IMG/VR virus record: IMGVR_UViG_3300025151_000031
Span: 3,299 to 67,298 of that record
DNA from: a virus
DNA: 64,000 nucleotides
Strand: one strand, 5' to 3'
Positions 10,540 through 18,996 of the stretch are shown here, in pieces. Each line of letters begins with the position of its first letter. Positions within the stretch are counted from its first letter, which is position 1. Position numbers and translations under genes: made by a program. The notes beneath the pieces are model-generated. The model made no database searches, was not told the DNA's origin, and saw only the letters and a list, made by a program, of their open reading frames with translations.

Positions 10540-13500
10540 ATGGCATGTAGAGTAATAAGAGATAGCGCAGATAATGTAGTAGAAGTTTTTGCTCAAAACG
10601 GGCAACCTTCTTTACTTTTTCAAAGTTTAAAAGGCATTTTAGACAATAATGCTAATGATGCATATAAAGCATATTTAAAAACTAGAACCTCTAGTTTTAG
10701 ATCTAAATTTGCAGACTTTAATAATTTTGACGAAAATGGTGAATTTGCATTTGAAGCTAATCAACTACAAAGAGTCGTAGATGATTTAGGAAAAATTAAA
10801 AAGAAAGATATAAAATCTGAAACAGAACAAGCTATACAAAGCTATGATCTTATAGATGAAAACGGAAATCCTAGAGTTTTTAATAATCCACAAGTAGCTG
10901 CAGATATAGAGCAAAGAATTAAACAAGACTATCCTAATTTACAATTAAAATCTACTACAGTTGATAATAAAACTATACTTAAAGTAGGAGAAAATAGTCA
11001 ATTTGATGCTAATAATATTTTTTATCAACTTGAAAACGATGACTTAAGAGCTGCAAAAGACACGTTAGATTCTAAAATGAAATCTTTTCTATCTCATATA
11101 GGGGTAGATATTAAACTTGTAGACAGTTTAACAGATAGAAATGGTGAAGTGCTATCTGGAATAGCTAAAGCAGACATGTTAAGCAAAGTAATACAAGTCG
11201 TAGAAAACAAAGCTGATGTATCTACTCTCCCTGAAGAAGCAGCCCACTTTTTTGTAGAGATATTAAAATCTACAAACAATCCTTTATATAATTCAATGAA
11301 TAATCTAGTTGAAGGGTATGAACTTTTTGACAAAGTTGTAAGTGAGTATGGAAGTAATCCTATGTATCAAAATGAAGACGGGACTCCAAACATGGAAAAA
11401 ATAAGAGACGAGGCTATTGGTAAATTAATAGCAAGAGAAATAGTTGACCAACACAATAAAGATGAGGACATAGAGAAATTAGGAAGATTTAAAAGATGGT
11501 TTGCTAAGGTAATGAATGCTATTAAAAAGATGTTTGGGGGAGTATTTAAAAATCCATATCAAAGAGCAGCCTATCAAATGTTAAATACTTCTATTAAAGA
11601 GTATAAAGATATTTCTAGGTCTATACAATCTACAGATCAATACTTACAACAAGAAAATCCTTCTACAGAAGTAGTTAAACCAGTAGGGCATAGTCAACAA
11701 GATATTGTAGACTCTATTTTAAGAGATCATAACAATATAAAAATGAGAGCTATAGATAAAACAGATCTAAAGCTTAGTAAAGTGATTACAGAACAAGATG
11801 ACGACCTTACTATGAACATGTATGAGTATACTGATCCTGAAACGGGACAGACACATACAATATCTAAAAGGGTTAGTTTTAGAAATGCTGCAAACTTTGC
11901 AAGAAAGTTTAGATATGACATGGCTAAAATAAAAGAAATAAATGGCTCTGTACGATCTATTCATGCAAGAAATAATGGTACACACTTACACGGCGTTTCT
12001 CAAATGCTAGCAGAGTATTATGGTAGTAGATCTAATGCAAAATTTGTAGAAGTTATTGATACAAATGGCGAAGGAATAAAAAGTATTGGGGACATAAAAA
12101 CATTTGCAAATACTCAAATAAAAATAGGGGAAACTCCATTTAATAATTTAAAAAAGGGAGTTAGTAAGGTAATACAACAAATAAATAAAGAACAAGAAAG
12201 AATAGATCCTAAAGGAAAAGCTAAAATATTAACAGAAGCTGTAGTATATGATAGATTAAACGATGAAGCGGGTACTATAGATTTACTAGTAGTATTTTCA
12301 GATGGTTCTACAGGTATATTTGATTGGAAATTTATAGTTAATCCTGCTCCTAGATACAACGTACCAAAAAGATACGGGGATAAAACAAAGCTAGCAGATA
12401 AAGCTATATTTGAATCTAAAATGGATGGGTGGAATACTCAAATATCAGCATATAAACAAATGCTAAGTAAAATACATGGATCTAAAAAAGTTAGATTTAC
12501 ACGTATAATACCTGCGCATGCACAATTTGCAGTAAAAAACTATATGAAAAAGGATTTTACTCCAATAAATAAGGTGGAAGCTATTATGATGGGAAGGGAC
12601 CAAAATGAAATACTGGACCAGATCTCAGTAGCATTAGAGCAAACTGATTATAAAGGAATAAATAAATTACTTGAAAAATTTTACGATAAAAGAAGAAACC
12701 TTAAGATACAACTAAGAAATGTAAAAGGTAAAAAGAAAGTAAAGTTTGAAAAGCTTAGATCTGAAGCAGCTAAAGTTGAGCAGACTATACAAGCTTTAAC
12801 TGTACAAAGAAATGTAATGGATGTAATTTTAAATGCGGGTAGAAGAATAGCATTAATTGGAGATAAAGTTGGAATTAGTGATCCTACTCATCCAGATTAT
12901 TTAGAATTAGATGATTTAGTTGACGCATTAGAAGATTTGGCTACTTTTGAAGAGTTAGCTGCTAACACTGCAATCTATTTAAAAGATTTAAGATCTAGTA
13001 AAGATGCAGAAATAAGAAAATCTGCTGCTGCCATACAAAAAGCCGTAGACAGAGCTACTGGTATTATAGAACGTAACGTTGAAGTTATAAAACAAGGAAT
13101 GTTTGACAGGCTAACTACGAAAGCTGATAAAATGGATGGAGAAGATCTTACAGAATCCCCAAAAGAATTAGGGTTTTTTGATCGTAATGGTAGACAAATG
13201 AGTCAAATGCCTCATCCTATATTTAGAGTAGGTTATAATCGTATATTAAAATCTTTTAATAAAATTAAAGGAGCTACAGAAGGGTTGAAAGGAGAAGAAG
13301 ATGAACCTGGAACTATAATGCATGAACTAAAACTTTTAAAAAATTGGAGCAAATCTAAATACGGTAAAGAAAGTTTACAAAAAGCTTATCGTATGATGAT
13401 TAAAGATAATATTGTAAAAGATGAAAAAGGAAAAGAAACTATATTATCTAGAACATTAGCTGCTAAATTTGGTTCTGATTTTTATCAATCAGTAAGACAA

Positions 13501-15930
13501 AAAATTGCTGATAGAGATGCCAAGTGGATGAGAGAAAATTTCAAAATTAAAAAAGATGCTAATGAAATATATAAGAGGCAATTGGAGTTGAAAAGAGCAT
13601 TTGAAGAAATCCATAATGCAGATGTTTTTGAAATTGACGACGAGACGGGAAAGAAAAAGAAAGTGAAGGACAATGCAAATTTAAGAAAAGAAAATATAAA
13701 AAGATGGGAATTAAATAACAATATATTTTTACCTTCAGACGAAGCTTGGTTAAAATCTAGTTGGTGGTTTTATTTAGAACCAAAAAATCCAGAAGAAAAT
13801 TATTCAAAAGAATTTAAAGAATTAAATAAGCCAGGAAATGAAGGAGCGCTTAGATTCTATAATTTTTATAAAGAAAATATACAAAAATTAGCAGATGTTG
13901 CTGGAATACACCTTGATCATAACTTTATACCAAATGTAAAAGATGGTTTAGTTGATAGTATTATTAATAATCCATTTAATATGTCAGAGTTTTTTGATTC
14001 TATATCAAGAGCAATGGTAGTCCATGAAGAGCAGGAAGATATGGGTATATATAACGATGGAAAATTAGTAAGCCAAATACCTTTATTGTATACAGCAGAT
14101 ATGAGAAATAGTAAAGGAGAATTAGATGCCAGTTTAAAATCTATAGATCTGGCTAGTAGTTTATTTGCTATGTCTAAATCAGTATACACTTTTAAGTATA
14201 TGAATGAGATAGAAGCAGAGCTTCTTGCATTGAAAACTTATTTAGCAAACGTAGGTGAAACTCAAACTAATTTAAGAGGTAAGATAGTATTAAAAGAAGA
14301 TGGATCAATAAAAATTGCAGACACTAGTTCTAAAACAATTGATACTTACGAAAAATTTGTTAAATTTTATTTGTATGGACAGAAAATACAAAGTAAAGAT
14401 CATGTAGCTAAAGTATTTGGTAGAAGTATAAGTCTTAATAAGACTGTACAAGCTGCTATGTCGTATTATTCTGCAAGAACATTAGGACTATCTTTAACTC
14501 CCGCATTTGCTGCTAGAATAATTGGAGGAATAAATATGTGGGTAGATTCTGTAGATGGAATGCATTATAATAGAAAACAATTAAGAAAAGCACATAGATT
14601 ATGGATGACCCAAGGTAAGATGGTTAGATCAGCAGCAGTTATGTTCGATCCTTTTCAACAGGGTATGCAATGGAGACATTTGAAAGACTTATCTATGAAA
14701 AAGATATCAAAATATATTGATGCTAATTATTTATATACGTTTTTAAGGGGGGCAGATGAAAATATGGATAGTTTAGTAGCTATATCTATGATGCAAAATT
14801 ATACGATAGATACTACAGGTAGCGCAAATGAAAAGGCAGATGATTATAATCCAGATTATGGACAAATAAAAAGAATGGAGGATATGCCTGAAGGGGCTGT
14901 ATCTTTATTAGATCAATTTGAAGAGTCTTATAAAAAAGGCAGTATAATGATCAAAGGCTTAACGGACGAGAATTTTATGCATTTTAGAGAAATGATTAAA
15001 GAGGTGGCTGGTAAGCAAAAGGGTCATATGAGTAATGAAAATGTAATAGCGGGAGATCTTACTTTAATAGGGCATGTAATGATGCATTTTAAAGGGTTCT
15101 TTCCTAAAATGTTTGAAACTAGATTAGGACCTACAAGATTTAATAGAGTATTGAAAGAATTTGAAGAAGGAAGATATTGGGGATTTTTAAAAGGAAGTAC
15201 GTATGGAGATACTTTTAGCGATGCTGATGCTATAAAAAGTGAAATAGTATTTGGAGATATTATAAAGGGGGCTGCTCGAAGAGGCGCAGAAGCTTTTATG
15301 CATTTTACTATGCTAAAAAAGTTTATTACTAATCCTATAGAAAGGCAAAGATTAATAGATAAAGGAAAGTGGACAGATAAAATGCAAGCGAGTTATGAAA
15401 AGAAACAAGCTGCTATTGAAAAAGAATTTAGACATCTGCAAGAAAATAGTACAGATCCTAGAATTAAAAGTATGGGTATAAAAGAGTTTATGAAAATGAG
15501 GCAAAAATCTGTTAATCGTACATTTTCTGAACTTAGATGGTTATTTGGATTTTATTTAGTATCAATGGGATTAGGAATGGGAGTAGGTCCAGATGACGAA
15601 CCAATAGGTAAGAGTACTTGGGCAGGAAGAAAACTATATTTGCTTCTTTCTAGATCTCAAAATGAATTAGCATTTTTAATGAATCCAAATGAGTTTGTTA
15701 ATATGGTTAAGAGTCCATTCCCAATACTACAATTATTTAAAGATATTACAAATTTAGTAGAGAATACGCAACAAGAAACTTTAGAGTTATTAGGATTAAT
15801 ACCTGATAATCCAAGAGATAAAACACCTATGTTCTATCGTACATTGCATTTTGTTCCAGGCTTTAGCCATGCAAACTATTTATTTGAATTCTATTCTACG
15901 GGTAAGAATAACCCATATACAGGAAGATAG
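10540..15930 (+). CDS. Giant internal virion/ejection protein with degenerate zincin-like motif and PD-(D/E)xK nuclease-like domain
   Basis: 1796 aa directly after vRNAP, as in the crAss giant-protein cluster. Contains TLPEEAAHFF (degenerate HExxH), AGTIDLLVVFSDGSTGIFDWK (PD-(D/E)xK) and a hydrophobic segment near the C-terminus. Confidence 0.7.
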   Translation: MACRVIRDSADNVVEVFAQNGQPSLLFQSLKGILDNNANDAYKAYLKTRTSSFRSKFADFNNFDENGEFAFEANQLQRVVDDLGKIKKKDIKSETEQAIQSYDLIDENGNPRVFNNPQVAADIEQRIKQDYPNLQLKSTTVDNKTILKVGENSQFDANNIFYQLENDDLRAAKDTLDSKMKSFLSHIGVDIKLVDSLTDRNGEVLSGIAKADMLSKVIQVVENKADVSTLPEEAAHFFVEILKSTNNPLYNSMNNLVEGYELFDKVVSEYGSNPMYQNEDGTPNMEKIRDEAIGKLIAREIVDQHNKDEDIEKLGRFKRWFAKVMNAIKKMFGGVFKNPYQRAAYQMLNTSIKEYKDISRSIQSTDQYLQQENPSTEVVKPVGHSQQDIVDSILRDHNNIKMRAIDKTDLKLSKVITEQDDDLTMNMYEYTDPETGQTHTISKRVSFRNAANFARKFRYDMAKIKEINGSVRSIHARNNGTHLHGVSQMLAEYYGSRSNAKFVEVIDTNGEGIKSIGDIKTFANTQIKIGETPFNNLKKGVSKVIQQINKEQERIDPKGKAKILTEAVVYDRLNDEAGTIDLLVVFSDGSTGIFDWKFIVNPAPRYNVPKRYGDKTKLADKAIFESKMDGWNTQISAYKQMLSKIHGSKKVRFTRIIPAHAQFAVKNYMKKDFTPINKVEAIMMGRDQNEILDQISVALEQTDYKGINKLLEKFYDKRRNLKIQLRNVKGKKKVKFEKLRSEAAKVEQTIQALTVQRNVMDVILNAGRRIALIGDKVGISDPTHPDYLELDDLVDALEDLATFEELAANTAIYLKDLRSSKDAEIRKSAAAIQKAVDRATGIIERNVEVIKQGMFDRLTTKADKMDGEDLTESPKELGFFDRNGRQMSQMPHPIFRVGYNRILKSFNKIKGATEGLKGEEDEPGTIMHELKLLKNWSKSKYGKESLQKAYRMMIKDNIVKDEKGKETILSRTLAAKFGSDFYQSVRQKIADRDAKWMRENFKIKKDANEIYKRQLELKRAFEEIHNADVFEIDDETGKKKKVKDNANLRKENIKRWELNNNIFLPSDEAWLKSSWWFYLEPKNPEENYSKEFKELNKPGNEGALRFYNFYKENIQKLADVAGIHLDHNFIPNVKDGLVDSIINNPFNMSEFFDSISRAMVVHEEQEDMGIYNDGKLVSQIPLLYTADMRNSKGELDASLKSIDLASSLFAMSKSVYTFKYMNEIEAELLALKTYLANVGETQTNLRGKIVLKEDGSIKIADTSSKTIDTYEKFVKFYLYGQKIQSKDHVAKVFGRSISLNKTVQAAMSYYSARTLGLSLTPAFAARIIGGINMWVDSVDGMHYNRKQLRKAHRLWMTQGKMVRSAAVMFDPFQQGMQWRHLKDLSMKKISKYIDANYLYTFLRGADENMDSLVAISMMQNYTIDTTGSANEKADDYNPDYGQIKRMEDMPEGAVSLLDQFEESYKKGSIMIKGLTDENFMHFREMIKEVAGKQKGHMSNENVIAGDLTLIGHVMMHFKGFFPKMFETRLGPTRFNRVLKEFEEGRYWGFLKGSTYGDTFSDADAIKSEIVFGDIIKGAARRGAEAFMHFTMLKKFITNPIERQRLIDKGKWTDKMQASYEKKQAAIEKEFRHLQENSTDPRIKSMGIKEFMKMRQKSVNRTFSELRWLFGFYLVSMGLGMGVGPDDEPIGKSTWAGRKLYLLLSRSQNELAFLMNPNEFVNMVKSPFPILQLFKDITNLVENTQQETLELLGLIPDNPRDKTPMFYRTLHFVPGFSHANYLFEFYSTGKNNPYTGR

Positions 15931-16194
15931 TTATTTATTTTCTTTTATAGCTATAAGTAACAGTACCAAGTATCCCATTAAATCATGTACTGTATCTTCA
16001 GTTGCATCATAAATACCCTTATTTTTTATGCGCATTAATTTATCATCAATGCGAGCACAAAGTGAGTCTATAGCACTCTGTTTGCTGAAAATATTAGCGG
16101 GCTTCAAGGCACTGTTACCATAAGCTTTGTTTTTATGTTTTAATAGTTGTGATATGTCTTTAAGTATTGTGTCTACTTCTTTATTAAATGTCAT
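15931..16194 (-). CDS. Nucleotide modification associated domain 1 (DUF1599-like) protein
   Basis: KNKAYGNS...RIDDKLMRIKN...EDTVHDLMGY pattern of the small alpha-helical Nmad1/DUF1599 family. Confidence 0.8.
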   Translation of the reverse strand: MTFNKEVDTILKDISQLLKHKNKAYGNSALKPANIFSKQSAIDSLCARIDDKLMRIKNKGIYDATEDTVHDLMGYLVLLLIAIKENK

Positions 16195-16934
16195 ATATAA
16201 TAGTTTTTGTCAAAAATTTCATCTTTTTTATTCATAATACTGTATAGTTCAGCATCATCATCTAAGATTACTCCTAAATTATTTTCTAGTCTTTGTTTTC
16301 TTTTCTTGTTTTTATATAATATTTGTGCAATTTGACTGTTTATTTCTAATCCGTGAAATTTAAGTATTTGTTCTTTATAAGAACCGTCTAGTTCTGAGTA
16401 TTTTCCATTTAAAAATAAATTGTAATTATCTACATGCTTAGTTGGTACATCAAAAAGAAACATTACAAACGTTTCTGAAACATCATAACGATCTATATAA
16501 TTACGAAATTGTTTTACTGCATTTTCAAATTTAAGAAACAAAGGATCTCCACTCCATCTGTAAAGCAATGCTATGCATCCTTCATGATCTGAAGTTCCTA
16601 TAAAACAATTTATTAATAAATTATCATAAAAATATAATTTTCTTTCACCGCCCAACATAGGCATTACAAATAAGCTAGACTTGGTTTGAGAAGCTACAAA
16701 TAACTCATAAAATAAAATATTTCCTACAGTTCTTTTTTTGATTATATTTATTTTATAGGGACGATTTTTAATCTGTATCGTTTCCCCTAAAGATATAATC
16801 CGACCTGTAGGAAATTCTAAAGAAATAATATTTCCTTTTACTTTATGAGTTTTAATAGCTTTTGTACCACCAGTAATCTTAATAGTTCTAGCATTTACTG
16901 GATTTAAAATAGCCTTTTCACATTTAACTGGCAT
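16191..16934 (-). CDS. Hypothetical phage protein
   Basis: 247 aa ORF overlapping both neighbours (translational coupling); no motif recognised. Confidence 0.7.
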   Translation of the reverse strand: MPVKCEKAILNPVNARTIKITGGTKAIKTHKVKGNIISLEFPTGRIISLGETIQIKNRPYKINIIKKRTVGNILFYELFVASQTKSSLFVMPMLGGERKLYFYDNLLINCFIGTSDHEGCIALLYRWSGDPLFLKFENAVKQFRNYIDRYDVSETFVMFLFDVPTKHVDNYNLFLNGKYSELDGSYKEQILKFHGLEINSQIAQILYKNKKRKQRLENNLGVILDDDAELYSIMNKKDEIFDKNYYI

Positions 16935-17700
16935 AAGATACTTTTAATTGTTTAACATCACTTACTACTAGCGATCCTGATAGATTAACCCCTATAGCGT
17001 CAAAAACTTGATCATATGTTTTTAAGATATGTACAAGTTTAAATGTCTCAGCAAATTTACAAACACCTTCGTAATATCCAAATTTTTCTACATATTTTTC
17101 TATTACAATTTTCTCAAAGCCTATTTTTACTTTATTCAATAATTTATCCGCTGTTTTAGGTCCCACCTTTGGAATTCCTCCTATACCATCTGTTGGATCT
17201 CCCATTAAGGTTTGTTTCCATAAAAATCTATTAGCTTCTAATTTTGAAGTTTTTACAAACTCTGCAGTTCTAAAATTAAAATGAGTTCCTGCTACTTGAT
17301 ATAATACATCTTTATCAGGGCTACAAATAATTGTACCGCTAGGTTTTGCATGCACAGCTACAAGGTCGTCTGCTTCTAACCCTGGAACATGATCGAACAT
17401 CCATTCCTGTTGAATATATTCTCTTAAAGCGTAGAATATAGGGGGTTTAGATCCTCCTTTTCTATTGTGTTTATAAGATTTAGTTTGTGCAACTTTATAT
17501 CTAAAACACTTAGAAAGAGTAAGGAATCCTGCAAACCTGCTTGTTCCGCACATGGCTAACATGTGAAACAATCTATCATTTAAACCTTGAATAGCCTCTT
17601 CTAATGTTGGCTTACCCATTTCGTAATATAATAAACTATCTCCATCTATTAATGCAATTGGTCCCTTATCAGGTAATTGCAATACATCTAGTTCTTCCAT
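16924..17700 (-). CDS. 5'-3' exonuclease / flap endonuclease (T5/T7-like)
   Basis: ALIDGDSLLY, YKHNRK, GLEADD, SPDKD and H3TH motif GDPTDGIGGIPKVGPKTA. Confidence 0.9.
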   Translation of the reverse strand: MEELDVLQLPDKGPIALIDGDSLLYYEMGKPTLEEAIQGLNDRLFHMLAMCGTSRFAGFLTLSKCFRYKVAQTKSYKHNRKGGSKPPIFYALREYIQQEWMFDHVPGLEADDLVAVHAKPSGTIICSPDKDVLYQVAGTHFNFRTAEFVKTSKLEANRFLWKQTLMGDPTDGIGGIPKVGPKTADKLLNKVKIGFEKIVIEKYVEKFGYYEGVCKFAETFKLVHILKTYDQVFDAIGVNLSGSLVVSDVKQLKVSYAS

Positions 17701-17713
17701 ATTTTTAAATTTA

Positions 17714-17807
17714 AAGAATAAGGGGACATACGGGGTTCAAACCCGTATCCATAGCATCAGTGCACGTGTTGACACAGAACCGTTCCAAGAGGTAATCCCC
17801 TATTCTT
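17714..17807 (-). ncRNA. tRNA-like cloverleaf structured element between rIIB and the exonuclease
   Basis: Minus strand: closing stem AAGAATA-GGGGAT/GTCCCC-T-TATTCTT enclosing arms ACC-TCTTGGAAC-GGT, GTG-TCAA-CAC, GCA-CTGA-TGC and ATACGGG-TTTGAAC-CCCGTAT. Confidence 0.5.
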
Positions 17808-17815
17808 AATTAATA

Positions 17816-18994
17816 TTAAAGCTGAGTTAATTCAGTAAGAGTCTTACTGTCTTCTTTAGCTAAAGAGTCATACTCTTCAACTATCTTTTTACGCATCTCA
17901 GCCCATTCTTCATCAGTTTTAGCTGCATAAGTAGAACTATGATATATAGATCCATTTACACCTGCTAGCGAAGAGTGTACAAAATATTGAAGACATCTAG
18001 CTGCACCTGTTTCATCATCAGGCACCGCACCAATATGCATTGGGTCTACAAAAATGTTATGTATCTCACCACTTATACAGTTAATGTACTCTAAACCACC
18101 AAAATGAAGACCTTTAACACATGACATACGATCATTAGTGTTAACATAGCTCCAATCAGGTAATCTATGAGTACAACCAACTTTTATAAAATGATTTGGT
18201 TTATCATAACCATTGTTGCCTTCGCAAAAGAAAGAATCACCGCCTCTACCCATAATAGCAGGCTGAAACAATCTTTCTTCTACATACTTTGGTAGTCCTT
18301 CTGACTCTATTTCACCAGTGTCAACGTTAAATGTTCTTTTGTACCGTGGTACTTCTTGACATTCACCGTTTTCGTCTGCTTCAAATTTAGTCAAAACTTC
18401 TTCAGATACTTTGTAACCATTTAGTAAACCTTCTTTGGTTATTTTCATTTGATACATAGTAGCTCTTCTTTCTGCAACTTCTTCGCTTAAACCATGTTCT
18501 TCCATCAGCTCTTTCTTTAATTGTGGATGAACATACTTAAGATTAATATAACTAAAGAATCTTTCACAAAATTCTTTACCCCATCCTTTCTTCATTTTAG
18601 TACGAAGAACAGGGTTTCTTAACCATCTAGTCCACATTTTAACTAATGGCATAAAATCTAATCCTTTGTCCATAGACTCATAGATTCTTTCTACCAATGC
18701 TTCTGGCATCGGGATAGATGATACTATACCATTGTATTGTAAGAAAAACTCACCTGTAGCTTTGTTTACATGAATGTGTTCACACTTATCTTGAATAGTT
18801 TTAGTATAATCTACTATGGTAAGAGCTTCAAAAGCGCCTAAAGCAACTCTGTAGTCTTCCATGTTTTCTGCATTATTAGCTGTTTCAGCTATATCCTGCA
18901 TTTTTGCATAGACTTCTTTATTGAAGTCTATACAAAACGGGGTATCCCCATAAGATCCTGAGATCTTATCATCGATAACGTTTATTGATATCAT
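17816..18994 (-). CDS. rIIB: rIIB-like protein
   Basis: KITKEGLLNGYKV and SCVKGLHFGGLEY...VDPMHIGAVPDD...ARCLQYFV motifs; immediately downstream of rIIA. Confidence 0.8.
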   Translation of the reverse strand: MISINVIDDKISGSYGDTPFCIDFNKEVYAKMQDIAETANNAENMEDYRVALGAFEALTIVDYTKTIQDKCEHIHVNKATGEFFLQYNGIVSSIPMPEALVERIYESMDKGLDFMPLVKMWTRWLRNPVLRTKMKKGWGKEFCERFFSYINLKYVHPQLKKELMEEHGLSEEVAERRATMYQMKITKEGLLNGYKVSEEVLTKFEADENGECQEVPRYKRTFNVDTGEIESEGLPKYVEERLFQPAIMGRGGDSFFCEGNNGYDKPNHFIKVGCTHRLPDWSYVNTNDRMSCVKGLHFGGLEYINCISGEIHNIFVDPMHIGAVPDDETGAARCLQYFVHSSLAGVNGSIYHSSTYAAKTDEEWAEMRKKIVEEYDSLAKEDSKTLTELTQL

Positions 18995-18996
18995 AA

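Noticed and set aside
17745-17765. Hammerhead ribozyme core (CTGATG on the minus strand)
   Set aside because: Reads CTGATGC rather than CTGATGA, and there is no properly placed GAAA.
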